This document shows, piece after piece, positions 21,160 through 32,334 of a stretch of 64,000 nt of DNA (the stretch's first letter is position 1; each line of letters opens with the position of its first letter). The notes beneath the pieces were generated by a model that saw nothing but the letters and a program-made list of their open reading frames with translations, was not told the origin of the DNA and made no database searches. Location of the stretch: the NCBI RefSeq assembly GCF_000007005.1, contig NC_002754.1; one strand, given 5' to 3'. Both the position numbers and the translations under genes were made by a program. The stretch comes from Saccharolobus solfataricus P2 (GTDB lineage: Archaea; Thermoproteota; Thermoprotei_A; Sulfolobales; Sulfolobaceae).

Positions 21160-22334
21160 AGGTAAATATTCATTTAAATAAAAGGGTTGCAATAATAGGA
21201 GCTGGCTTAACTCTATTTAGGAGAAGACTACTAGAAACTCCACAAGAAATAGCATGGGAGGCTGCAAGTAAGGCACTGGACGAAGCTGGACTAGAGTTAA
21301 AGGATATCGACTGTGTCGTTATTGGAAGTGCACCAGATGCTTTTGATGGGGTTAACCTAAAGGGTGAATACTTATCACATGGTGCTGGAGGAATCAAGAA
21401 GCCAGTAAGTAGAGTTTATGTGGGTGGTGCTACTGGAGTTATGACTGCAATAACAGGCTGGTATCATGTCGCCAGTGGGTTGTGCCAGAAAGTATTGGCT
21501 GTAGCTGAGGAAAAGATGAGTCCAGCTAGACCTCATCCACAATCAATATTCAGATATATATGGGATCCAATTTTAGAAAAGCCCTTGAATCCTAATCTGA
21601 TATGGATATTCGCAATGGAAATGCACAGATATATGGCAACTTATGGAATTAAAAAAGAGGAGATTGCACTAGTCTCTGTAAAGAACAAAAGGAATGCAAT
21701 AAACAACCCATACGCACAACTAGGTTCAAATATAACAGTAGAAGACGTACTAAAGAGTGAAGTCTTAGTTTGGCCAGTTCAACTCTTAGATGTTAGCCCA
21801 GTTAGTGATGGCGGGGCAGCGATTGTATTGGCCTCAGAAGACGTTGCAAGAAGGTACACTGATACACCGGTATGGGTTGAAGGTGTTGGATGGACCTTAG
21901 ATAATACGGAATGGCCTGCCAGAGATTTAGCCTATGCTAGATATGTGGAATTCGCAGCTAGAATGGCTTATAAGATGGCTGGGATTGAGAGGCCAAATAA
22001 GGAAATAGATGTTGCTGAACCATATGATCCGTTTGATTACAAAGAACTACATCATTTAGAGGCATTACAATTAGCTAAAAGGGGAGAAGCTCCAAAATTA
22101 TTAAAGGAGGGAGTATTCGACATTGATGGCGATATACCCAGTAGTCCTAGTGGAGGTTTACTGGGAGTGGGTAATCCTATTGCAGCTGCTGGCTTAATGA
22201 AGGTTATAAGTATATATTGGCAACTTAAGGGGATTGCTGGAAAAATGCAAGTTAAGAGACCAGTACATACTGGCGTAGCCCAAGCTTGGGGAGATTTAAT
22301 GCAAGCGGGTACGGTTATAGTTTTACGTAATTGA
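21156..22334 (+). CDS. Thiolase-fold (SCP-x/Ltp-type) protein B, canonical Cys absent
   Basis: SPVSDGGAAIVL, EPYDPF, PSGGLLGVGNP. ATG 21156 overlaps the upstream stop. Confidence 0.85.
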   Translation: MKVNIHLNKRVAIIGAGLTLFRRRLLETPQEIAWEAASKALDEAGLELKDIDCVVIGSAPDAFDGVNLKGEYLSHGAGGIKKPVSRVYVGGATGVMTAITGWYHVASGLCQKVLAVAEEKMSPARPHPQSIFRYIWDPILEKPLNPNLIWIFAMEMHRYMATYGIKKEEIALVSVKNKRNAINNPYAQLGSNITVEDVLKSEVLVWPVQLLDVSPVSDGGAAIVLASEDVARRYTDTPVWVEGVGWTLDNTEWPARDLAYARYVEFAARMAYKMAGIERPNKEIDVAEPYDPFDYKELHHLEALQLAKRGEAPKLLKEGVFDIDGDIPSSPSGGLLGVGNPIAAAGLMKVISIYWQLKGIAGKMQVKRPVHTGVAQAWGDLMQAGTVIVLRN

Positions 22335-22344
22335 GGGATATGAG

Positions 22345-22842
22345 ATGGTAACTCCTCTTAAAGAAGAAGAATTAAGTAAACATTACATAATATCATATAA
22401 GCCAAATGCTAAGTACGCATACACTGCGGGACAAGCTCAAAGCAAATATCTACTTGGACTTAAGGAAGGGAAAATTTATGGAAGAAAATGTAATAAATGC
22501 GGTAGAATCCACGTACCACCAAAAATGTATTGTGAGGAATGCTTTAGACCTACTGACGAGTGGGTTGAGGTAAAAGATGAAGGGATTGTAATGACTGCAG
22601 TTGCCAGCTTCATAAGTTGGACTAGGGCTAAACTGGAAGAGCCAGAGATAGTAGGGGTAATAAGACTATTACCTTCTAATGATAGAGATTTCGTATACCC
22701 AGGAATATTCCATAGAATATGTGCAAGTTATGAACAAGTGAAGAGTATGGAAATCATAGGGAAGAGAGTTAAGGCAGTATGGAGGCCAAAGGAGGAAAGG
22801 AAAGGAAGTATTGAAGATATTCAATGCTTTAAGGTGATCTAA
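22345..22842 (+). CDS. DUF35 Zn-ribbon/OB-fold protein
   Basis: CNKC-x10-CEEC followed by an OB-fold. Confidence 0.9.
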   Translation: MVTPLKEEELSKHYIISYKPNAKYAYTAGQAQSKYLLGLKEGKIYGRKCNKCGRIHVPPKMYCEECFRPTDEWVEVKDEGIVMTAVASFISWTRAKLEEPEIVGVIRLLPSNDRDFVYPGIFHRICASYEQVKSMEIIGKRVKAVWRPKEERKGSIEDIQCFKVI

Positions 22843-23277
22843 ATGTCTTGGGAAAAGAGTGGAAAAGAAGGAAGCCTATTGAGATGGTATGACGTAATGG
22901 AAGCTGAGAGATACGAGTATACAGTAGGTCCAGCGGGTGAACAATTCTTTAACGGATTGAAACAAAATAAGATTATAGGAAGTAAGTGTAGTAAGTGTGG
23001 AAGAATATTCGTCCCCGCTAGATCCTATTGTGAACACTGTTTTGTCAAGATAGAGAATTACGTGGAAATAAATAAGGATGAAGCTTACGTGGATTCGTAT
23101 ACAATAATTTACAATGATGATGAAGGTAACAAATTAGCACAGCCAGTGTATATTGCCCTAATTAGATTTCCTAATATTGAAGGAGGATTACTATGTTACG
23201 CTGAAGGAAATGTTAAAGTAGGAGCAAAAGCTAAGATTTTGAGCTTCCAGTGGCCTTTACGAGTCAAGGTTGACTAA
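22843..23277 (+). CDS. DUF35 Zn-ribbon/OB-fold protein
   Basis: CSKC-x10-CEHC followed by an OB-fold. Confidence 0.9.
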   Translation: MSWEKSGKEGSLLRWYDVMEAERYEYTVGPAGEQFFNGLKQNKIIGSKCSKCGRIFVPARSYCEHCFVKIENYVEINKDEAYVDSYTIIYNDDEGNKLAQPVYIALIRFPNIEGGLLCYAEGNVKVGAKAKILSFQWPLRVKVD

Positions 23278-24178
23278 TTTTTTCGAAGATATTCTCACCC
23301 TTATATGTATATACTGAATTCACATCCAACTCAACGTTGCAAGAAACCATTCCATATAACGTGCTACCAGATAAGAATATGCAGAAATCCTCTACTTTAC
23401 GCAAAAGCTTCACTGAGATATTTGGGCTTTCCCTTAAATTCAATATTTCCTTAGCGGTAGCGAAACTTATCAAAACGTTTATAATTCTTCCCTCTTTGTC
23501 CTTTACCTTACTAATAGTAAAAACTTCGCCCATAAGTTTCTTATTTCTTATTTTATCTTCCTCATCTAATAACAATTTTAACGCATTACTAAGTCTAAAA
23601 CTATCAGAGGACTTCTTTTCATTATCGCTTAATCCATTAATTTTTAACTCATATATATTATTACCCAGAATTAAATTAAACACCTCGTCCCTCATTATAA
23701 GAAACGCCTCATCGGCTTCACCTTGTATGGAAGCTAGATAATTGATCAAAATTTTTTTCATATCGCTGATAGTTTCAATACTCTTCCCCAATTGAACATC
23801 CTTAACCTCTTTTTTCTTATTAAGTTCTAATAGATAATTCTCCAATTCTTCTAATTCTTTCCATGCTAAATCTATGTTATATTCCGTTACTATTCTACTA
23901 AGTTTATCCATTAAAAGATAATATAACTCTGGAGTGGTAGGTGTTGATTGTAACCATAAATATGCGTTACTTAGACCTTCTTTTATTTTCTTAGTTTTGT
24001 CATTACCAAATTTTCTCCTCGCGATACCTATGGATAGATCCACTGCAATATCACTAGATACTTTCAAAAGTCTATCTAAATTATTGGCGTCGATATCTAT
24101 GTTCATTAACTCGCTTATAATTACTAATTTAAGAAAATTATTTAAAAATTTCTCTAACATTTCATGAGTTTGAGCCAT
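23264..24178 (-). CDS. Hypothetical protein (304 aa)
   Basis: Long ORF with host-like composition; no motif recognised. Confidence 0.6.
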   Translation of the reverse strand: MAQTHEMLEKFLNNFLKLVIISELMNIDIDANNLDRLLKVSSDIAVDLSIGIARRKFGNDKTKKIKEGLSNAYLWLQSTPTTPELYYLLMDKLSRIVTEYNIDLAWKELEELENYLLELNKKKEVKDVQLGKSIETISDMKKILINYLASIQGEADEAFLIMRDEVFNLILGNNIYELKINGLSDNEKKSSDSFRLSNALKLLLDEEDKIRNKKLMGEVFTISKVKDKEGRIINVLISFATAKEILNLRESPNISVKLLRKVEDFCIFLSGSTLYGMVSCNVELDVNSVYTYKGENIFEKISQP

Positions 24179-24321
24179 ACAATACAGTTTGCGTTGATAG
24201 ATTAAAAAGATTAAACTACTTATGTACTAAAATAAACTTTACTTCTGAAGTTTAATCGAATTGTTAAGATCTTAAACTTTAGAAAGCAACACTTATTAAC
24301 ATATAAACTATAATTATAAAT

Positions 24322-26160
24322 GTGATTGAACTTTCTACGACCAAAAGGCTAATCTTGGGAAATGAGGCAATAGCTTTTGGTGCGTTAAGTGCTGGAGTAT
24401 CAGTAGCTGCAGGGTATCCAGGCACACCATCTACTGAAATAATAGAAACATTAATGAAATTTGGAAAAATATATGCTGAATGGAGTACTAATGAGAAAGT
24501 GGCATTTGAAACAGCCTATGGGGCAGCTATCAATGGAGCTTTTGCCCTAACCACAATGAAGCATGTAGGGTTAAACGTAGCTGCCGACCCATTAATAAGC
24601 TCATCATATACTGGAGTTGAAGGAGCGTTAGTTATAGTTTCTGCTGACGATCCTTCCATGTGGTCGTCGCAAAACGAGCAAGACAACAGATACTACGGTT
24701 TACATGCGTTAATCCCGGTTGTAGAGCCGTATGATCCGCAATCCGCTCACGACTTAACCATAGAGGCCTTTAAGTTAAGTAACAAAGTTAAACACCCAGT
24801 AATTTTCAGATCTACTACTAGAATAGGTCACATTAGAGGACCAGTAGAACTTAAACCTCCATCTCGACCAGTCATGGGCAAAGTTATTAAAAACCCTAAA
24901 CGTTATGTTTTAGTACCAGAAAACGCTAGAAGGGATAGAGTTGAACAGTTAAAGAGATGGGAGAGAATTGAAGAGGAGGTAGAGGGTTTAAACGAGCTAA
25001 TTGATAACGATAGTGAAAATCTAATAATTGCCTCGGGTATTTCATTCGGTTATGTAATCGATGCCATAAAAGAGTTAGAAATTAAGGCAAATATATTGAG
25101 ATTAACCACTCCCGTCCCTATACCTAAAAGGTTAATTCTTAAGGCTGTGAGTAACTCTAAGAGGGTTTTAATAGTCGAGGAGGGTGAGCCCATAGTAGAA
25201 TATCAGGTAAAGGATCTCCTATATGATCAAGGAGTAAGAGTAGAACTACATGGAAAGGATTTGGTAAGTAGAGTTGGAGAGATGACATTAGACAAGGTAT
25301 ATTATGCCTTTAGCAAATTCTTTGGATTGGACATAGTGACGGATTACTTAGAAGTTCCCCAAGATATACCACCAAGACCTCCAGCTCTGTGTCCAGGGTG
25401 TCCACATAGAAGTTCGTTCATAGATTTAAAGAAGGCGATTACAATGGCTTCCTTCAAGCCTAATGAAACCTTCATTTCTGGCGATATTGGGTGTTATACA
25501 TTAGGATTATTGCCACCCTTTGACGCTCAAGACTCCTCTACAGATATGGGATCTAGTATAGGAATTGCCAACGGTGTTTATAGGGCTACTGGGAACATAC
25601 CGATAGCAGTTATTGGAGATTCCACATTCTTTCACAGCGGTATTTCAGCCCTTGCAAATGCCGTATATAATCAAACTCCAATGCTTGTTCTCGTCTTAGA
25701 TAATAGGTCGACTGCGATGACGGGACAACAGCCAAGCCCATCAAAGGAAATCGATATAGGAGAGGTTGCTAAGGGTTTAGGAGTAAAATATGTAAGGTAT
25801 GTTGATCCTTTTGATGTTAACTCCTCAATAAGAGAGTTATCCAATGCGTTAAAGTGGGTTAAAGATAATAAGCAACCAGCAGTTGTTATAGCTAAAAGAG
25901 CTTGCGCGTTACTAGTCATGGATAACGTTGAGGAGAGCAATTTACCAAAGGCCATAGTCGATCTAGAGAAATGTACTGGTTGTAGCATATGCTATGACTA
26001 CTTTACGTGTCCAGCAATTATTCCTAGAAATGATAAGAAAGCTGAAATAGATAATTACACTTGTATAGGCTGTGGAGCTTGTGTACCAATTTGCCCATTT
26101 AAGGCAATATCCTTAAAGGGTGACAAGCCAGAAAAATGGGATGAATTATGGCTTGGGTAA
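24322..26160 (+). CDS. iorA: Indolepyruvate:ferredoxin oxidoreductase alpha subunit
   Basis: [38 protein letters not shown]-terminal 2x[4Fe-4S] ferredoxin. Confidence 0.95.
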   Translation: MIELSTTKRLILGNEAIAFGALSAGVSVAAGYPGTPSTEIIETLMKFGKIYAEWSTNEKVAFETAYGAAINGAFALTTMKHVGLNVAADPLISSSYTGVEGALVIVSADDPSMWSSQNEQDNRYYGLHALIPVVEPYDPQSAHDLTIEAFKLSNKVKHPVIFRSTTRIGHIRGPVELKPPSRPVMGKVIKNPKRYVLVPENARRDRVEQLKRWERIEEEVEGLNELIDNDSENLIIASGISFGYVIDAIKELEIKANILRLTTPVPIPKRLILKAVSNSKRVLIVEEGEPIVEYQVKDLLYDQGVRVELHGKDLVSRVGEMTLDKVYYAFSKFFGLDIVTDYLEVPQDIPPRPPALCPGCPHRSSFIDLKKAITMASFKPNETFISGDIGCYTLGLLPPFDAQDSSTDMGSSIGIANGVYRATGNIPIAVIGDSTFFHSGISALANAVYNQTPMLVLVLDNRSTAMTGQQPSPSKEIDIGEVAKGLGVKYVRYVDPFDVNSSIRELSNALKWVKDNKQPAVVIAKRACALLVMDNVEESNLPKAIVDLEKCTGCSICYDYFTCPAIIPRNDKKAEIDNYTCIGCGACVPICPFKAISLKGDKPEKWDELWLG

Positions 26161-26732
26161 ATATTTTAATAGCTGGTGTTGGAGGCCAAGGTATAATAAC
26201 TGCTGGTAAGATAATAGCTGAGGCTGGAAATTATTCAAATACTAAGGTCTTAATAGCTGAAACTCATGGCTTAGCCCAGAGAGGTGGAGGGGTTAACGTT
26301 CATGTGAGAATAGGTGACGTTAACTCTCCATTAATACCGTTAGGAAAGGCTGATTACCTAGTTGGTTTAGAGGCTATCGAGGTTTTAAGAAATTTAAATT
26401 ATGCTTCTAGAAAGCATACTACAATCGTTGTAAATAACTATGTTGTGAGGCCCGTCTTACCTAAAGTTAAGTTACTTACTTTGCAGGAGATTTTCGATAA
26501 ACTAAAAGGTTGTAAAGTCTATGTAATTGATGCTAATCAAATAGCCATAAAGGCTGGGAATATTAAGGCAGCAAATGCTGCAATGCTAGGGTTTTTATAC
26601 TCACTGGGGGCATTTGAAGGTTTGATAAACGAGGAATCTTTCATTAAAGCATTGAAGTACGAGAGTAATATAAAAGCGTTTAAAATTGCCCAAGCTATAA
26701 AAATTAATGGGATAGATATTAATGGTATTTAA
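26148..26732 (+). CDS. iorB: Indolepyruvate:ferredoxin oxidoreductase beta subunit
   Basis: [20 protein letters not shown]. Confidence 0.95.
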   Translation: MAWVNILIAGVGGQGIITAGKIIAEAGNYSNTKVLIAETHGLAQRGGGVNVHVRIGDVNSPLIPLGKADYLVGLEAIEVLRNLNYASRKHTTIVVNNYVVRPVLPKVKLLTLQEIFDKLKGCKVYVIDANQIAIKAGNIKAANAAMLGFLYSLGAFEGLINEESFIKALKYESNIKAFKIAQAIKINGIDINGI

Positions 26733-28548
26733 TCCAGATAAGGAATGGATAGAGAACAGTAACGTATATAAGTTCATGATTAAAAGGAACCTTAATAGAT
26801 TAGAAGACTTCGTAAGGTATACATATGAGAATCCTGAATTTTGGGACCAGTTTGTAAAGCTTATTGGAGTGGAATTTAAAGAACCTTATGCCAAGGTTTT
26901 GGATCTGAGCAGAGGAAAACAATGGCCACAATGGTTCATAGGAGGGAAGTTAAACATTGGAGATCAATTACGTGATAGTTCTGATGTGTTCATTAAGTGG
27001 ATGGATGAAGACCTCAACACCAGAACTGTAACTTATTCTCAAATACTAAATGAGAGCAAGTCTATTGCAAGTTGGTTAAAGAAGATAGGTTTGAAGAAGG
27101 GAGATAGGGTCGCTATTTACATGCCAATGATCCCGGAAATAGTATCAGTAATGCTGGGAGCAATAAGGGTAGGGACGATAATCGTACCCTTATTTTCCGG
27201 ATTTGGTCCAGAGCCCATAAGGGTTAGAGTGGAGGATAGTGAGGCGAAAGTAATCTTCACAGTTGATAAGAGCATTAGAAGAGGAAAAGAAGTCGACATG
27301 TTAAAAAATCTAGAAGGACTAAACGATAATATAACTAAAGTAGTATTGAATAGAGGAGGCACTAAGGGTGATTTTTATGAGTATAAGGATGTCATAAAAA
27401 CTGCTGGAGATTATGTAGAAGATACCAGTACTGAAGACCCAATGATGATAATTTACACTTCTGGAACTACTGGAAAACCCAAAGGATGCGTTCATACTCA
27501 CGATGGGTTTCCAATAAAAGCTTCAGCTGACATTTACTTCCAATTCGATTTGAAAAATGGAGAGACGTTAATGTGGGTTACTGACATGGGGTGGATGATG
27601 GGACCCTGGATGGTATTTGGATCACTCTTACTAAACGCTAAAATGGGAATGATTGAAGGATATACAAGTGGGGAAGTCCTACAGAAATTCGTTGAAGATA
27701 TGAAAGTTGATGTTTTAGGGGTCTCAGCTAGTCTAGTTAGGGCACTGAGAAGTCAAGGCGAAGTTAAGCTAAACGTTAGGTTAACTGGAAACACTGGAGA
27801 ACCAATTGATTCGGAAAGCTGGTATTGGTTATTCAACGCCAGTGGAAAGAACCCCATAATAAACTACTCTGGAGGTACTGAAATCTCTGGAGGTATTTTG
27901 GGGAATTACGTTATAAAGAAGATAAAGCCATCTTCATTTAATGGACCTTCTCCGGGAATTAACGCCTCAGTATTTAATGAGGAAGGAAAAGACGCCCCAC
28001 CAAATGTTGAAGGAGAGTTAGTCGTATTAAGTGTTTGGCCAGGTATGACTAGAGGATTTTGGAGAAACCCGGAAAGGTATATAGAGACCTACTGGTCAGT
28101 GTGGAAAGATGTATGGGTTCATGGAGATTTGGCTTATAGAGACGAAGAAGGGTATTTTTACATCGTAGGTAGGAGTGATGATACGATAAAGGTTGCTGGG
28201 AAGAGAGTAGGTCCGGCTGAAATCGAAAGCGTATTAAATTCATTCCCAAACGTAGTGGAATCAGCATGTATAGGAATACCTGATCCGATGAAGGGGGAGA
28301 AAATAGTCTGTTTTGTAGTCTCTAAGGTTAGTGGGATTGAAAATCAATTAATAGAATACACAGAGGATAAACTGGGTAAGGCATTTGCACCATCTGAAAT
28401 AAAGATTGTTAAGGAGCTACCTAAGACTAGAAATGCTAAAATAATGAGGAGATTGATAAGAGCCATATATTTAAATAAACCCTTAGGAGATATATCCTCA
28501 CTGGAAAATCCGTCAGCTTTGGAGGAAATTAAGAAGGCCATCAGTTAG
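26722..28548 (+). CDS. acs: AMP-forming acyl-CoA synthetase
   Basis: [38 protein letters not shown]. Overlaps the iorB end. Confidence 0.92.
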   Translation: MVFNPDKEWIENSNVYKFMIKRNLNRLEDFVRYTYENPEFWDQFVKLIGVEFKEPYAKVLDLSRGKQWPQWFIGGKLNIGDQLRDSSDVFIKWMDEDLNTRTVTYSQILNESKSIASWLKKIGLKKGDRVAIYMPMIPEIVSVMLGAIRVGTIIVPLFSGFGPEPIRVRVEDSEAKVIFTVDKSIRRGKEVDMLKNLEGLNDNITKVVLNRGGTKGDFYEYKDVIKTAGDYVEDTSTEDPMMIIYTSGTTGKPKGCVHTHDGFPIKASADIYFQFDLKNGETLMWVTDMGWMMGPWMVFGSLLLNAKMGMIEGYTSGEVLQKFVEDMKVDVLGVSASLVRALRSQGEVKLNVRLTGNTGEPIDSESWYWLFNASGKNPIINYSGGTEISGGILGNYVIKKIKPSSFNGPSPGINASVFNEEGKDAPPNVEGELVVLSVWPGMTRGFWRNPERYIETYWSVWKDVWVHGDLAYRDEEGYFYIVGRSDDTIKVAGKRVGPAEIESVLNSFPNVVESACIGIPDPMKGEKIVCFVVSKVSGIENQLIEYTEDKLGKAFAPSEIKIVKELPKTRNAKIMRRLIRAIYLNKPLGDISSLENPSALEEIKKAIS

Positions 28549-29006
28549 CTGATCTCTTCCTCTTTAATTTGTTTTAATGCCTTAAGAGCCTCATTAACGT
28601 GATTAGCTGGATTCATCTGCGAATTGTATATATGCCTTATTATTCCCTTCTTATCAATAACAAACGTTATCCTTGCTGGTAATATGAAGCCTTTTGCCCC
28701 ATAAAGTTCTCTTATTTTCTTATCCGGATCACTAACTAGGATAAACGGGAGTTTATATTTTTCCTTGAACCTTTTGTGAGAGTTTATATCATCTGAACTA
28801 ACTCCTATAACTACAACATCATAATCCTTAAGGAGATCCCAATTGTCTCTAAATGCACAAGCTTCCCTTGTACACCCTGGTGTATCATCTTTAGGGTAGA
28901 AGTAAAGGACTATATTATGTTTCCCTATATAATCGGAAAGGGAAATCTTCTCACCATTATCTGCTATCCCCTCGAATAAAGGTGCCTTATCCCCCACTTT
29001 TACCAT
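28545..29006 (-). CDS. bcp: Peroxiredoxin Q / bacterioferritin comigratory protein
   Basis: [16 protein letters not shown]. Confidence 0.95.
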   Translation of the reverse strand: MVKVGDKAPLFEGIADNGEKISLSDYIGKHNIVLYFYPKDDTPGCTREACAFRDNWDLLKDYDVVVIGVSSDDINSHKRFKEKYKLPFILVSDPDKKIRELYGAKGFILPARITFVIDKKGIIRHIYNSQMNPANHVNEALKALKQIKEEEIS

Positions 29007-29195
29007 AATATAGATATATCTAACTATGGTAAAAAACTTACCTTATAAATCTTTCAGATTTTTCGTAGTTTGCTGAAAAATATCACTTAGAAGTTAAACT
29101 CGGGAGATTCAGTTACCCATTGTAAATTTACTTTATTTCAAAGATTCCTACGAAATTAACTAAATGAAGGCGACTAACTTGCAGAGAAATACAAT

Positions 29196-29379
29196 TAGCA
29201 TTTATAGGAAAATCGTTACACTTTTACGTTACGTTAAAAATATATAATAAATCTTTCCTGATTAGATGAAAAATGTTTATTGATAAGCTATAATATTAAG
29301 AAGTACAATGAAAGATATTTATAAATACATGGATAAATATTTTGACTTTTTATGATAAGGGAATTTCCTAAAACTACTA
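29196..29379. mobile_element. SM2-type MITE (ISC1217-dependent)
   Basis: 184 bp, 16-bp TIR (13/16), perfect 6-bp TSD TACAAT (29190-195 / 29380-385). The left end matches the ISC1217 end at 33972 in 18/19 nt. Confidence 0.85.
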
Positions 29380-29600
29380 TACAATTATCAATGCTAACAT
29401 TTTTACAACTATATTGTTTACAAATTACATTCCACAAAGAAGACTTGAATCACCCTTAAACTCCTATCCTTAACTCCTTAAATTCTCTTTCATAGACGCT
29501 TTTTACCTTAAATAGTTCCCACCTATTAGTTATCAGTTTATAATTGTGTTTTATAAGCGTAATTCAAAATTTCGAAATGTTTTAAAATATTTCACTTTCT

Positions 29601-29732
29601 TGCTTTATGGGCTTATTGAATTTTCTTAAAGAGTTAAGAGGTATTAGAAATCTAAATTGAATATATAATCATTAGTTGAAAGGAAGAGATAATACTAGCT
29701 CATCGGAAAAAATTCAACAGATCAACTAAGCA
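29601..29732. mobile_element. SM3-type MITE (older copy)
   Basis: 132 bp, 24-bp imperfect TIR (17/24), homologous along its length to 53973-54104; TSD decayed. Confidence 0.75.
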
Positions 29733-29746
29733 TCATCTCTTTTTTC

Positions 29747-30490
29747 TTAAATCACACCTTCTAAATTCTTCCTTATGTAATCATCAAATTCCTTAGGCTT
29801 AGGCATTTTAACTTCTCTAATTCTATTTACGAATTCATCTTTATTGTTTATTCTAAATAAACTATTGAATCTCTTTTCAAAACCTATTGTAGAACTAGGT
29901 TTTCCGCTTATACCAATACCACATACTGAACCAGCAGTATGTGCTGGATAAATTTCAACATAGTCAGGCAATTCTTTTAGTTTAGCTAGACTGTAGTATA
30001 AATTCTCCTCTGCGTTTTCCCCGCCTATATCAATTCTTCCCAGACCACCCACAAATAATGTGTCCCCAGTTAATATAGCCCACGGTTCATTCCAACTTTC
30101 GTCTCTTCTTCTATCATATATTAGAACTGAAATACTATCTGGAGTATGTCCGGGAGTATGAAGTACCTTTATTTTAACATTTCCAGCCTTTATTTCCTCT
30201 CCATTCTTAACCCTTTCCACCTTGAATTTGACCTGCGATAACTCATGATAGTAAACGTTAGCATTAGTTAAAGACGCCAATTTCTTAGCACCAGATAGGT
30301 GATCAGCATGAGTGTGTGTATCTATTATATAAGCTATTTTCATATCCCCTAAATCTCGGGCAAGCTCAATAATTTCATCTACCATTTCATACTTAGGATC
30401 CACTACAAACAACTCTCCAGCTTGAGTGCAACCGAAAACGTAAGTAGCGCAACCGCCACTTTTGCTTATAATCTGCCTGAATATCATCAA
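29747..30490 (-). CDS. MBL-fold hydrolase / persulfide dioxygenase-like protein
   Basis: DTHTHADH, HTPGHT, LTGDTLF, YPAH. Confidence 0.88.
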   Translation of the reverse strand: MMIFRQIISKSGGCATYVFGCTQAGELFVVDPKYEMVDEIIELARDLGDMKIAYIIDTHTHADHLSGAKKLASLTNANVYYHELSQVKFKVERVKNGEEIKAGNVKIKVLHTPGHTPDSISVLIYDRRRDESWNEPWAILTGDTLFVGGLGRIDIGGENAEENLYYSLAKLKELPDYVEIYPAHTAGSVCGIGISGKPSSTIGFEKRFNSLFRINNKDEFVNRIREVKMPKPKEFDDYIRKNLEGVI

Positions 30491-30521
30491 TTTACTTTAA
30501 ATAAGTAATTAGATATAAGAG

Positions 30522-31193
30522 TTATTCACTCTTATAAGTTAATAGATCAAAGTGCTCTTCTGCTTGAAGTACACATCCTCTACAAGAGTCCACAACAATC
30601 TCATCTTGATCATTGAAAGTAACCAATACTGAATCGTCAAATATTATAAATTTCGATTTGATATTCTTAACATATTTAACCTCAGCATTCAAGCTTAAAT
30701 TATTGGAAGAAGTTATCACAGTTAAATTACCCTTATACTTTTTAAGAATCTTAATCAACCACTCAGGCAGGATATCCCAGACCACCTTAATCTTGTTACT
30801 TTTATCCACCAATTCCCTTATCATTCTCATGACAATCGTTTTACCCTTAATGTGCAAACTACGGTCAGCTTCTCCTTTTCCCTTTTCACTCCAATAAGAA
30901 ATAACATTACCTATCGCATAGTCTAATTCACTAACAATTTTATCCCTATATACCTTTAAAGATATCGACGGATCTATTAGTTTGACCTTTTTTGGTCTTC
31001 CTTCAATTACCCTCACTAAACCCTTATCCTCTAACGACTTCACCACTTCATAAACTTTTTGATAAGGTATTTCAGCATTTTCTGAAAGCTCCTTCATCGT
31101 GGAGTTGCAAAGGTTCAATAACGTTAGATAAACTTTGGCCTCATACACTGAAAACCCTAACTTTCTCAAATTGATTTCTAATTCACTATTCAT
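30522..31193 (-). CDS. TrmB-family transcriptional regulator
   Basis: LGFSVYEAKVYLTLL...IPYQKVYEVVKSLEDKGLV. Confidence 0.9.
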   Translation of the reverse strand: MNSELEINLRKLGFSVYEAKVYLTLLNLCNSTMKELSENAEIPYQKVYEVVKSLEDKGLVRVIEGRPKKVKLIDPSISLKVYRDKIVSELDYAIGNVISYWSEKGKGEADRSLHIKGKTIVMRMIRELVDKSNKIKVVWDILPEWLIKILKKYKGNLTVITSSNNLSLNAEVKYVKNIKSKFIIFDDSVLVTFNDQDEIVVDSCRGCVLQAEEHFDLLTYKSE

Positions 31194-31233
31194 AGTGAAT
31201 AATCGTTTTTATCACTTTTAAATCTTAGTACTT

Positions 31234-32334
31234 ATGATGAATAGACAGTTTATTTTGTTTACAATATTAGTCTTTTTTACAGGATTATATCTAGGAACTC
31301 TAAGAATAATTATTCCGGTATTTGAGAAACAAATAAACATCTCAATAATGTTAAGCCTATTATTACCCTTGGTATCCTTTGGGTTTGTAAAAGGCGCATT
31401 TAACTTCATTGCGGGAAAGCTCTCTGATGACTTGGGAAGAAAGAGAGTACTCGTAATAGGCTGGTTAGTGGCGTTGATTTCAGTCCCTTTATTTCTCTCA
31501 ATTAACATATATACAGTCATCATTATTTCGATTCTGCTTGCAATAAATCAAGCTTTGACGTGGACTACTACCGTCACTTCACAAATAGACATTAGCGGTA
31601 AATTAAGAGCAGGCTTCGCTACTGGAATAAATGAAATGTCGGGATATTTGGGAGTCTCTTTTGGAAGTCTCTTCGCTAGTTATTTATTTAAGCTAAGTAG
31701 TATTTTCATCGGAATAATTTGCTTGATAGCATTAATTTCTTCCTTTAACGTAATTGAGACTAAAACATTAATACCAAATGCCACTTTATCGAAAAAGGAA
31801 AATAATCATATAAATTACTTTTCCATTACTAAAATAAGCATTGCAGGACTCCTAGAGAAGTTTGTAGATTCAGCATTCTTTATCTTGATACCCACATTTC
31901 TATTATTACAACATTATACGTTATTTTTGATAGGAATAACTGTATCTAGCTATACGTTTACTTGGTCACTTTCGCAACCACTATTCGGGTACTTGGCAGA
32001 TACTTACAACAAAAGAAGACTAATACTTGTAATAGGTTTTTTATTAATGTTTGTTGGCTTTATAAAATATTCTGAACTTCCGATTTTATTTTCAATAATA
32101 GAAGGTATTGGTATGGGCATGATCTATCCTAATTTAATAGCTTTTGTTAACGATAAGATTAACGAGAGTGTAAGAGGAAAAGCATTAGGCTATTACAGGT
32201 TATATAGGGATAGTGGATATGGTGTGGCTGGCTTACTACTACCATTACTTTACTCGTTTTATGGATACGAATATACTTTATTGATAGTAGGAATATTGCA
32301 AGTTGTAGCTCTCTTACTAGTAGTAAGATCTTAA
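31234..32334 (+). CDS. MFS transporter
   Basis: GKLSDDLGRKRV and GYLADTYNKRR duplicated motif A. Confidence 0.88.
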   Translation: MMNRQFILFTILVFFTGLYLGTLRIIIPVFEKQINISIMLSLLLPLVSFGFVKGAFNFIAGKLSDDLGRKRVLVIGWLVALISVPLFLSINIYTVIIISILLAINQALTWTTTVTSQIDISGKLRAGFATGINEMSGYLGVSFGSLFASYLFKLSSIFIGIICLIALISSFNVIETKTLIPNATLSKKENNHINYFSITKISIAGLLEKFVDSAFFILIPTFLLLQHYTLFLIGITVSSYTFTWSLSQPLFGYLADTYNKRRLILVIGFLLMFVGFIKYSELPILFSIIEGIGMGMIYPNLIAFVNDKINESVRGKALGYYRLYRDSGYGVAGLLLPLLYSFYGYEYTLLIVGILQVVALLLVVRS

